Below, piece by piece: positions 22,766 through 33,543 of a stretch of DNA of 64,000 nt. The notes beneath the pieces were generated by a model. That model saw only the letters and a list, made by a program, of their open reading frames with translations. It made no database searches and was not told the DNA's origin. The position numbers and the translations under genes were made by a program. This stretch comes from Marsupella aquatica. Its lineage: Eukaryota > Plantae > Marchantiophyta. Numbering within the stretch: position 1 is the stretch's first letter; the number at the start of each line of letters is the position of its first letter. The stretch covers positions 6,748,470 through 6,812,469 of the forward strand of contig OZ316897.1 in assembly GCA_973895155.1 (NCBI GenBank). The letters run 5' to 3'.

Positions 22766-25700
22766 TTGGTCACCACAGATTCTTCTGGTGCTGCTGGGTT
22801 ACCCGATGGACGACGGACCGGTTTCACTCAGAGTGGGGCGCAGTTTCGGCCAGCGGCATTGGTAGCAGTCAGCAGTGCAGCTTTAGACAGTGATTCCGAC
22901 GAGGACTCGGTGACTAGTTCTCCTCATCATCAGGTGGTTGCACCTTTGTTGTGGGATATGGACGAGATGTACGGGGCTACAAAGGGCCCACGATGATACT
23001 CTGGTGCAGTCGGCATGATTGATCTGGATGACTTCATCCAGGAGTTTGATACGTGGTGCGATATGTAGACATTGCGTAACGCCACGTTGTTTATCCCTTT
23101 CATGGCATGGAAGGGATTATTTCAGCATTTGGAGGGGCCACCCATGGATGACTACCATGAGTTTTGGAAGGCTCATTTGGTTGAGATTGAGGCATGGAGG
23201 CAGCATTGGTCGCCTAATTACGTGTCCATCACCTATGGCACTAGTGCGGCTGCCCAACCCATTGCCACAACTGCTGCTTCTTCTAGCAGCACTAGCCAGA
23301 GTGGCACACCATCCACCAGTAGCACTCCAACAGCATCCACCGCTACTCCTGCCGGTGTGATTGTGACAGGGACTGGAGTTGCACCAGCATTTAACCCTGT
23401 GGTGGAATTCTTTGAGGTACTGAAGCAGAACTATCAGGGTGTGAGAACTGATAAGTTGAAGGGTCTCCAGGAGTTTTAGCACAAGGCTAGAGAGAGCCTA
23501 CGTGAGGCATACACTCATATGCGCAGATTGATCACTATCACCAAGGGAGTGACAGAGGCTCAGGCCGTCCAGTTTTGGTATGCAATTCTAGACAGAGAAT
23601 TGCGACGCAGAGTGAGAGATGTCACTCTGCTTAGGGATGCAAATCCCACATTAGCAGTTGTTTTTACATTTTCTGAGCGCATTGAGCTCAATATGGTGAA
23701 TGAGAAGGTGGTGACTTCCGGATTTTCCAAGGAAGCACCGAAGGCTGCATCTACATACACACCACAGCCTACTGCACCACAGCCTACTGCATGGAAGAGC
23801 CAGAGGGAGAAGCCTACTGCACGAGAGTCTACCAGCCAGAGACCTGTGCCCTCTTATGCTGGACAGCAGTCAGGATGTTGGACCTGTGGTGGGGATCATG
23901 CACAGAGATATTGCCCAGATCATAGAGGATCAGGGGAAGCATCAGCGCCTGATCAGCGACAGTGTGATCATTGTGGAGCTCCTAGACACACCAAGGATAG
24001 GTGTTTCTCACTCCATCCTGAGTTACGGAGAGGAGGATCCCGTACACATGATCAGGGAAGAGGAGGAGAGTGGGGGACCTCCCACCACGTGCTCGTCCAA
24101 ACTCGCTTCTCAGCCTTGAAACAAGTTGAACCTTGCACTAACACGGAATGTTGGGGCAAGTTCTCTCCGACTATACTCCTTGTCGTTAGCAATCCCTCCC
24201 ATACAAAGCCGCACTTGCCCTCATCACCATAACCATCGCTCAACGGTCTTTACTATCTGCACAAGCAACCAACCAATCGGTAAGAACCCGTCTTGATCTC
24301 GGAACTCCCAAGACCATTATCTTGCATCAAGCTCAACAGTCGTTAGTAAGTAGGTCAGCAGATAGAGCCTCCCAGGCCCACATGGCCTTGTCATAAGCTG
24401 AAATTAAGGTTGGCATCACTGTTCGTCCGGAATAGTCTATCTACCGGATGTCACCCAAGCTTCCCCACTTTCTACCCGTCAATGGCTGACCGCCCTGCCT
24501 CCAGGACATGTCCATGGCCCAAATAGCGTAGCTTGTACTAAAGCTTGTCCCAACACGTCAGGACCAGAATGACCCCCACCTCTAGCAACCAACTCCTAAC
24601 TTGCCCCACTGACGGTCTAGGGACCGAGCACTCTTGGAACCCAACCTCCATACCTACTTGGCCTTGCCTCCCCAATGCAAGTTCCCTTGGGAGACTGAAC
24701 GCGGTTTAGCTGCTGTTCGGTAGGATTTGGCAAGCGGGCGAGTTAACACCTGCAAACCCCGAGAACCCAAGGTTCCCCCCCAACCCAGTTGAGCTCAAGA
24801 GGGCGTAGCCCTCCTCGAGAGCTTTCCAACGCACCAAGAAGTCCTCCAACGGACTTCCCGTTGGAAAGATATCGCTTTTTCCGTTTGGTGGTTTCCCTTA
24901 GTCTTTTGGCTCGCCCTTAGCCCCCCAGGGAGACACCACTCCCCTCATATATGCTTTTGGAGACCTGGCACCCCCGGACCAGCTTTGGTCCCTAAACATT
25001 TGGCCCCCAACCCGGATCCTATCGCGCATAATGGGGGCGCCATCAACTGGCAATGCCCATAACTTTCTCGTTAGGCATCCGCAAGCGGAGTGCCTTAGCC
25101 CGTTGCGAGCAGGCCGACCCAGTGCTCATGCCTAGGCCCTCAGGTGTCATCGCCGCTCGGGGACCCCGATCGGCCCAACCCGGATCGGACCCTAACTCGC
25201 GCCCCAAGCGTTCGTTGCCCATGGCGTCAACTCCATTGGCCTTGGGCCCAAGAGGAGTTCACTCTCAAGCCCTCAGAACTCAAAGTCCTTCCAGAGGCCC
25301 GGACAGTTGTCCTTGAGCCCGGCCCGTTTCCCCTTGACCCGACCAGCTCTCAGCTTGTCCAAGTCCTTAGTGTGCGTCACCAGCTCGGCTCCTTGCCTTC
25401 GCTAGTGCCAATTCTCGTTGCCCACAAGTCTCCCCATGCTAAGTCCTCCCCGAATGGCCTATCCGGGCCTGGACCATAAGGGAGCTCGGCTCCTTGCCTT
25501 CGCTAGTGCCAATTCTCGTTGCCCACAAGTCTCCCCATGCTAAGTCCTCCCCGGATGGCCTATCCGGGCCAGGACCATAAGGGAGCTCGACGTCGGAGTC
25601 AGTGACGCCGGAGCTAAGTGTTAAGGTAGTCGAGTTCTACGACTCCCAAACTACAAGTATGCGGTTTGAGTCGGCCATAACTTTTGGCCCCTGGGTCCGT

Positions 25701-26498
25701 TGGTCGAGAAATATGCGGCCCCATGATCGGGCTCATGTGGAGCTTCTTGGGCCCCTATGGTGATCCATCAGAAAAATAGTTCATTTTTCCATGATCGGCA
25801 ACGGGCCCAAACTACAAGTATGCGGCTTGAGTCGGCCATAACTTTTGGCCCCTGGGTCCGTTGGCCGAGAAATATGCGGCCCCATGATCGAGCTCATCTG
25901 AGGCTTCTTGGACCCCTATGGTGATCCATCGGAAAAATAGTTCATTTTTCCTTGATCGGCAACGGGCCCAATAGAGTTAAATTGGAGTGCGCTTTTCTCA
26001 AATCTTGTCCTTGCTCTTACTAGCCTCCTCTTTGTTAGTCGCATCCCTAATGGCCATGATGGTAGAAAATCTAAGAGGGGCTCAATGCTGGAGTTAGGCA
26101 ATATCGGAACAATCATGAGTAGGTGGAAGTTGTATTTGCGACTAGGAGGAGGTAGAGGTGGTGGACGTGGTCGTGGCATGCCACATGCAAGGAGACAGGG
26201 AGGTGACGCTGCCCCTGCTGTAACCATAGATCCAAAGGATGCTACGATTGCTCAATTGGAGCAACAACTAGCTGTCATGGCTAGTTCCCAGGTGAGACCT
26301 ACTTTTGGTGATGGGGCATCTACATCCTATGGACCTTCCACATCCCATGGTCCTTCCACATCTTATGGAGCTGATGGAGACCTTGCCACCATGGGATTCA
26401 TGTGTGGCACTGCACATATTGATGCATCAGCAGCTTTGACACGTGGGGCAGCCAAAGCTCTTGAGCCCCGAGAAGCAGTAGTGGAGCTAGATCCATAG
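22766..26498 (+). pseudogene. gag with two CCHC zinc knuckles and RGG tail; interrupted by insertion 24069-26143
   Basis: CWTCGGDHAQRYC and CDHCGAPRHTKDRC knuckles. The GRGG reading frame resumes after the insert. It is homologous to the gag at 45844-47220 and has several in-frame stops. Confidence 0.85.
24069..26143 (+). mobile_element. Non-coding solo-LTR-like insertion with AGT...ACT termini (copy 1)
   Basis: Begins AGTGGGGGACCTC and ends TTGCGACT. AGGAG flanks both sides (24064-24068, 26144-26148). It is homologous to 51129-52619 in inverted orientation. Internal tandem duplications of about 101 bp (25382-25587) and about 162 bp (25644-25970). Confidence 0.8.
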
Positions 26499-26570
26499 AG
26501 GAGGGATGCACGTCGGCAGACAAAGCTTCCTCAGTCTTTTACATTGTCAGAGACAGTTTAGATTGCCTCT

Positions 26571-27350
26571 ATGAATCCGGTTCGGACAAACCCTGGCGTG
26601 GGTAAGTTGGCAGAATCAGGTACTAGTGATGCAGTAGGGATAACAGGTACCCTGCTAGGGGCGGCTACTGCCATCGTACGCACCCCATTATTTTCAGCGA
26701 TAAACATGCTGAACTTGGGAGTTGGTCATGCAGAAGTGTTCAGATTGGCAGCTACACTCTATGAGGACACTCTAGTGGTTGCTTCCCATGCAGAAGCAGC
26801 TTGTAGTGTTGAAGCAGTGAAGACCATGCCACCTACTGCTACTAGTGAGACATGGCATGCAGCAACAGCGAGGTTGGTGGATTTACCAGCACGCCCTGCA
26901 TTTGAGAGGACTAGGTCTAAACCTAATGTTGTGTCATTGGATAATTGGAGTGGTATCTTTCGATTAGTTGGGCCATCTAAAACAGTATACCAGCCAGAGA
27001 GAGTGTTACTGGATACTGGTGCTCAGCCCTTGATGTTGGGGAAGTCTGCCATACGTGGATTGGGATTGCGATTGCGTCCAGAGGATTTGGAGGATTGTCC
27101 CTTTCCCATTCAGACTTCATTGAGGGGACCTACACCTGCACAACATATCACCAGGAGACCACTTGATTTGAGGATTCAGGAAGGTCATGCGACAAATAGC
27201 TCACAAATATAGGCACGAGCTATTGACTAAAGCAGAGTCATATGATGTGTTGGTGGGATGTACAGTGCTCTACCCCGTGGGATTTATTCTTGATTTTTGG
27301 GATGAATCAGTGTCATATAGACCTGATTGGTAGTCAGGAGATGCTTGATT
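26571..27350 (+). pseudogene. Retropepsin aspartic protease region
   Basis: RVLLDTGAQP catalytic motif, then a downstream YDVLVG-like motif (about 27241-27258) after a stop and frameshift. Confidence 0.8.
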
Positions 27351-27720
27351 TAGCAGGTTGCCAGTGAGATTTAGTGGACCTATGGGAGGCCCTAAATCCA
27401 CACTCTTGTCTTTGGCAGCATTCAGTGGTGTAATTACTGGACCTTATGATTTGATTGAGGGTAATGCGCATGCAGCACATGTTCCACCATTGGAAGAGTC
27501 ACATGAGGAACAGATCATGCGGGGATTACCTGTTGGCAGTGTGGCGCCACCAATGTGGGGCACTAGACAGGCCTTGCCACAAGCAGCAACACGATTGATA
27601 CATGATGTATGGCGTCATGCTTTTACACCACAGTCAGGAGCAGAGCGGTCTCTTGCAGATGGACCGGTGACTCTTTCACCATTGGATACCACTTTTGTTG
27701 CTTGGCAGTATCCACCGGAG

Positions 27721-28600
27721 GGTATTTACTTGTTGGATCTATTTGGTGGGATTAGCACTGGATTAGCTGCTGTTCTTCGGGCATGAATTCCTATGCGTCG
27801 CTATTTGTATGTGGAGACAAATGAGATAGCACGGAGGGTCTCAATATTGCGGCATGTGGCTATGTTAGTGGATAGATATCCACAGTTGCTGCCAGTGGAT
27901 GCTGTTTGTGGTTATCAACATGCACTACCTGCTGATATTTCATTGTTGGGGGCGGATCATTTGCATCGTGTTGGCCCCATTGATTTGGTGATTGCTGGTT
28001 GGTCATGTCAGGGCCAATCTAGAGCTGGCATTGGGCATGGACTTCATGATCCATGCTTTGCATTGTTTTGGGAGATGTTACGGATGCTACATCATCTCCA
28101 GCTACATCAGACACAGTCTCCAACATACATTTTGGAGAATGTGCCATTGTTAGATGATGATCGTAGTCGGGTTGTTGCTAGTGTTCACCAGGTGAGGGGG
28201 TGGACTAATTTGATCCCATGTGAGGTGCTGAAGTGCGCATTTGACAGCATTCCACGCTCACCAGCCTTAGTGGTGGATGATATTTTGGATCCAGGGCGTC
28301 TTGCATAGGGTGTGACCCAACCTGATAGACCTCCATTGGCAGTGGTCAATGCAGTTGGGCGCCCACGTTGTGCATTACCCACTCTTGTAAGCCACTCTGC
28401 TTCATATGCATTCAAAGCAGGTGGCCCTGGACTTGTGTGGGACACAGCTCTCCAGCAGTTAGTAGAACCTACTGTTGATGAGAGGGACCATGCTATGGGG
28501 TTTTTGACAGGCACCATTGCAGTTGCCTCGGTATCAGAGAGTTCATGCCGCCAGGTCCTTGGTCAAGCCATGGATTTGAATTGTTTGACTTGGATTGTCA
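27721..28600 (+). pseudogene. C5 cytosine DNA methyltransferase domain (DNMT3-like) within pol
   Basis: All in one frame: motif I LLDLFGGISTG, II YVETNE, IV GPIDLVIAGWSCQG, V LFWEMLR, VI YILENV, WTNL, IX EPTVDERDHAMGF, X RQVLGQAMDL. Two in-frame stops are present. Confidence 0.9.
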
Positions 28601-28846
28601 GCTTGGGAGTAGCTGAACAGTTGCGGATGCGCTCTGCTGGTGTTACTGATCGTCCATTAGTGAGCTTGCGGTCCACTAAGACAGTGATGACCACAGCTGG
28701 GGGCGAGCAGGTCTACCGTCCATGGACCTATGGCAGGATTGGCCAAGGCTAGACAGATTGTTGAGCAGGAAGAGACTACTCAATCTACTACTAAATAGCA
28801 ATCATCGGCTATCTCTTCTACCCTACAAAAGGATATTAGGGATCTG

Positions 28847-30290
28847 GTGGAGAGTTGGGAGCCACAGATTGGTCCTAAGTTGACAGGGGATGAGAGATGT
28901 CGCATGCATCGATTCCTGAAGAGTTACTGGAATTGTTTTGCATTCAACATGAAGGATTTGGGGACATTGAAAGGCCCTGGTATTCAGATTGAATTGGCTA
29001 GTGATGCGCCAATCTTTCGTAGACCATACGGTTATAGTGACATGGAGAGAGCTCTGATTCAAAGCAGAAATCAAGATTTGTTGGAGGCTAGATTGGTGGA
29101 GATTTCATATGGGGAGTATGCATCTGCCTCAGTGATGCCAGCCAAGAAAGATGTACATGGCAATTACACAAATAGGCGCATGTGTGGTGATTACAGACCT
29201 ATTAATCGCCAGACAAAATTTGATCGATATGCCATGTCCACACCTGAGGAGATCTTTGATGCTGTGGGGCATGCAAAGGTTTTCAATTCATTGGATCTGA
29301 GGGCAGGGTACCATCAGCTTCCAATTAGACATGCTGACAGGTCCAAGACAACATTATGGGGGATTGATTCTTATGGCAAAGATCATTTATATCAGTGATT
29401 GTTCTTACCATTTGGGTTGAAGAATGCACAAGCTGAGTTCCAGAGAGTCATGGATCGAATCCTTGCAGGTTTGGATTTTGTCAGATGTTATATTGATGAT
29501 ATTTTGGTCTATTCTTCTACTGTGGAAGAACATCAGCAGCACTTGCAGATTGTGTTGGAGATATTGAGAGCACATGGGTTGAAGCTCCATCCTGGCAAGT
29601 GTAAGTTCTTCCAAGACCAGATTGAGTATTTGGGCCACACTATATACCCAGGGATTGGGTGTACAACAGAGTAAAGTGGAGGCCATTACACAGATTCCTC
29701 GTCCTACTGATGTGAGCAGAGTTCGTGCATTCTTGGGATTGGCGAGCTACTATAGGAGGTATGTTAAAGGATTTAGCCAGCTTGCTAAACCTTTAACCAT
29801 ACTCACTAAGTTGGATCAAGAATGGACTTGGGGTGATGACCAGGAGCATGCCTTTCAGGAGTTGAAGCAAAGGTTGGCATCATCCCCTATTTTGAGAAGA
29901 CCCATTTCAGGCAGACCATTTTAGCTAAACACTGATTGGAGTGGAGTAGGACTTGGAGCAGTGCTGACTCAGAAAGATGATGAAGGGCATGAGTTTGTTG
30001 TGGCATATGCCAGTAGATCAAACAATTTAGCAGAGGCTAAGTATAGCTCTTATGAGGGAGAGTGTTTGGCAGCAATGTGGGTTGTGGCACACTTTTGCTG
30101 TTACTTGTTTGGTAATCCTTTCACTTTGATCAGTGATCATCAGCCTCTCAAGTGGTTAATGGAGTTTGACAAGCTTATTGGGAAGCTTGCAAGATGGGCA
30201 TTGTTGTGGCAGGAGTATGATTTCCAGGTTGTACATAGACCTAGAAAGGTGAACTTGGATGCAGATGGGTTGAGCCGCAACCCATGTACC
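28847..30290 (+). pseudogene. Ty3/Gypsy reverse transcriptase and RNase H
   Basis: RMCGDYRPIN, LDLRAGYHQL, LPFGLKNA, YIDDIL, RAFLGLASYYRRYV, TDWSGVGLGAVLTQ, SSYEGECLA, SDHQPLKWL, ADGLSR. Confidence 0.97.
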
Positions 30291-30380
30291 AGTCAACAGG
30301 ATGAGACTGGAGCCAGATGGCATGATGAGTCAGATAAGGAGATGGTGCCAGGATGACATGCATCTGCCTTTCTTTGTTGG

Positions 30381-31781
30381 GTGCCAGCATACAGTGGATC
30401 TGTGGACTCTACCTCATTGGATGGAGTGGATGACGAGTCTTCAGATGTGGATGTTGGTGAGGTAACTTCTGGACATCAAGATATTCACAATGATGTGAGA
30501 GTGTTGGAATATATGCGCAGTGGTTCTATTGTTGGCAGTGTTAATGCCAACGAACGTGACGGGGTTCTACAGAGAGCCAAGAGATTTCGATGGGAGGGAA
30601 ACCATCTTCTGAGAGTACTGCATGATGGTAGGGTGTTGGTGGTACCAAAACCATCACAACGAGTACATTTGGTGCAACATGCGCACGAGGAGTTGGATCA
30701 CTTTGGTGTGAAGCGCACTTACAGCTTGTTGCAGACACAATATTGGTGGCATGGTATGCACACTCATGTCCAGTAGTTGATAGCTAAGTGCGTGGTATAT
30801 GATAGAGTGAGAGCATCATTTAATGTTCCCACTCCCCAGTTGCACCCATTGCCGATCATGGGTTTGGGATATCGTTGGAGATTGGATTTTGCTGGTCCAT
30901 TACCTCTTACCGAACGTCATAATCGGTATGTTTCGGTCATGGTGGAGCACTTCTCCAAGTGGATTGAGCTAGTGGCGTTGCTAGATAAAGCCAATGGAGG
31001 AGTTGCTGCTACATTTTTGGATCATGTACTCAGTCATTTTGGAGCACCAGCTGAGGTGTTGACTGATCAGGGAACTGAGTTCCATGGAGAGTTTGAGAAT
31101 TTGTGTGAGCAAGCTCTGATTGATCATCGTACTACCTCTCATGATCATCCTAAGGCAGATGGATTATCTGAGAGAGTTGTGCAAACTGTGAAGAGAGGAT
31201 TGCGTAAGTATGGCTTGCAGGTTGGTCATCTGGGAGATTGGGATCTCCAGCTACCTTGGTTAGCTATGGGCTACCGTTTCAATCGGCAAGCATCACTTGC
31301 ATCCTTCTCACCTTACTTTTTGCTCTATGGTAGAGAGCCAGATTTGTCAGCAGCTATTCGTCATGATGCTGCACCAGTTGTGAACTTGGATGATCTTGAT
31401 GTTTGGGTCAAGGTGTGTTCAGAGAGAGCACGGGTATTTCAGAGAGTGATGCCCATGGCTTTTGACAACCTTGCCATTGCCCAACATCGTGATACTTTGA
31501 GGCATGCCACTATTTGTGGAGGAGGTTATCGTGCAAGCATTCGACGATTTCATCCTGATGATTATGTTTATTTGCAACAGACAACACCCACGACACTTGA
31601 TGTGACCGTTGGCCGAACAATCTTACGTGTGTGTGAAGTGTTGCCTTCTGGCGTCCTGATGTTGGAGGGACACGATGGTATGGTTTGGAAGGATCATGTG
31701 CACAACTGTGCACCATGTCACCTTCCCAACATTGATGGTACAGTAGATCCAAGCTTGGCACATGTTCGTGCTGGCTTGAAA
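30381..31781 (+). pseudogene. DDE integrase (H2C2 zinc-binding + rve core)
   Basis: HEELDHFG...YWW, LDFAGPLP, EHFSKWIE, LTDQGTEF, HPKADGLSERVVQTVK, SPYFLLYGRE. Confidence 0.95.
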
Positions 31782-31922
31782 TGTATGTTGTGTGGATCTA
31801 CTCAGGGAGCAACTACTATGTTGATTTGTGATAAGTGTTCTAGAGGATGGCACATGTCATGTTTGACACCACCATTGTAGGTGATTCCTAGTGGATCATG
31901 GTTGTGTCCTCAGTGTTGGTGA
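31782..31922 (+). pseudogene. PHD finger (C4HC3) at integrase C-terminus
   Basis: CMLC-x11-CDKC-x4-HMSC-LTPPL*VIPSGSWL-CPQC, with one internal TAG. Confidence 0.92.
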
Positions 31923-32097
31923 AGCTGACTAGTTATCATTTGTGTTCTCTTGGCCGATATGGATTGCAGGAAGGTGATCGATGGGGCTCACTTGCACCCG
32001 GCCTCCTGATCTTCACACTTAAAAAGGTGTATATCAGCCTTGTAGAACTCATGGCTAGCTAGAGTTAGGGGACCTTACTCCCAGCTAGGGGGGTGAT

Positions 32098-32233
32098 TGT
32101 GGGTTTTGGACATGTGTGGACATGAGTTCCACTTGTATTCCATTCTCTTGTGTTTGTGATGTTGCATTGTGGATATGTTTGGATGCGTGTGACAAGCGAT
32201 GTATGTTGTGTAGCGATGTGTACGCGCACGATA
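32098..32233 (+). repeat. Terminal repeat B1 (136 bp), preceded by polypurine-tract-like aggggggtgat
   Basis: Colinear with 32565-32700, with about 6 substitutions. Confidence 0.95.
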
Positions 32234-32235
32234 GC

Positions 32236-32563
32236 TGTCACACCATTCTAGATGTTGTTGTAGTATATAGTGCTAGTTGAGTATGTACGTTTTGTATGTG
32301 TGCTATTGGAGCCGATAGGGTTCCATTAGGTTTGTGTGAGAGGGTAGTTCTCTTTTGTGAGACATTGAAAGGTTATCTTTCAATGTTGAACCTTGGAGAG
32401 GGGAGCTTGTGTGGTGGCTATGGTGGCTGAGAGCTCTCTCTATATAGCGTGGATTCCTTGAGTGCAAGGTGCGTTGGCTCAACATACATGTGTGATCGGA
32501 TCGGTGCGGGATCGATGGGGTATTGTTGACCGGGATCGTTGTGCCGATTGATTGGGGAGATTA
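32236..32563 (+). repeat. Terminal repeat A2
   Basis: Copy of 21103-21430. Confidence 0.95.
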
Positions 32564-32564
32564 T

Positions 32565-32700
32565 TGTGGGTTTTGGACATGTGTGGACATGAGTTCCACT
32601 TGTATTCCATTCTCTTGTGTTTGTGATGCTGCATTGTGGATATGTTTGGATACGTGTGACAAACGAGGTATGTTGTGTAGCGATGTGTATGCGCACGACA
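32565..32700 (+). repeat. Terminal repeat B2 (element 3' end)
   Basis: Copy of 32098-32233, ending GACA and followed by TACT. Confidence 0.95.
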
Positions 32701-33364
32701 TACTATTTTGGGGGGCAGGTTAGTAATTTTGATCAGTTTGGGAGATTGGATAGTCAAAATGGTTATTAGATATGTGCCGCCACTATGCCTCCATGTTGGG
32801 CAAGTTGACATATGAGCTGTGGATAAGTGCAAGGCCTTGGGAAACCTGCAGTTGAGTGGTTTGCATAATGTGTCACTTCAAAACTAGGGTAATTGCACCT
32901 TTCCATTCCTACTGCAAAGTTTCACCCTGTTATTCAAAACACGCACCACAATGCTCAAGAGCAAATTGAAGAGAGGATTAAAACCCTTAGGACATATAGA
33001 TTATTTTTCATGCCATTTCTTCTAACTGGTAATGTAATTTTTTACTCTACATATAGCCCTGAAGGTATTAACTATTGCAAGATTCCATGTCCTCTCTTTT
33101 ACCCGTTAGTGCAAGTGCTGACCAGTATGTGTCAACTGCAGTTGTCTGTAAGTGCACCGCAACACCTATGGACTGGTAGTGAGCATGGAACTTATCATAA
33201 CTGCAAAGTACCCAAAAAAATGAATGTACGTAAGCCCTCCAACTCTCCCTTTGCAATCATCCATGCTTTGCACTTATTTATGTTTGACTTGACCCCATAA
33301 TGAGGTGTCCTTCTCCATATCTACATGTGTTATTGTCGGGGTATCAATTTGACCAGGCCGCAGC

Positions 33365-33543
33365 AAATACTCTCATGATCTGTTGCATGTATTGCATTTT
33401 CTACATGCTAGCATGCCAGTTAACTGATGTCATAGTCTAGTTAACTCGTGTAGGAAATACTCTCATGATCTGTTCCATGTATTTGTAATTTCTACATGCT
33501 AGCTTGCCAGTTAACTCATGTAATAGTCTACTTAACTCGTGTA
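33365..33543 (+). repeat. Tandem duplication of about 89 bp
   Basis: aaatactctcatgatctgtt...ttaactcgtgta occurs twice. Confidence 0.85.

Larger units (their letters stand above)
21103..32700 (+). mobile_element. Ty3/Gypsy-type retrotransposon with DNMT3-like methyltransferase and PHD finger, split direct repeat termini; decayed
   Basis: Order is gag-CCHC-PR-MTase-RT-RH-INT-PHD. Termini are TGTC (21103) and GACA (32700), flanked by TACT on both sides (21099-21102, 32701-32704). Terminal repeats are arranged A1...B1-A2-B2. Confidence 0.92.

Noticed and set aside
27721-28600. Host DRM/DNMT3 gene, or bacterial restriction-modification contamination
   Set aside because: It is intronless, collinear between PR and RT within a TSD-bounded retroelement, has no partner nuclease, and is flanked by intron-containing plant genes.
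21103-32700. DIRS/Ngaro tyrosine-recombinase element
   Set aside because: No YR (R-H-R-Y) ORF was seen. RT, RH and a DDE integrase are Ty3/Gypsy-like and a TSD is present.
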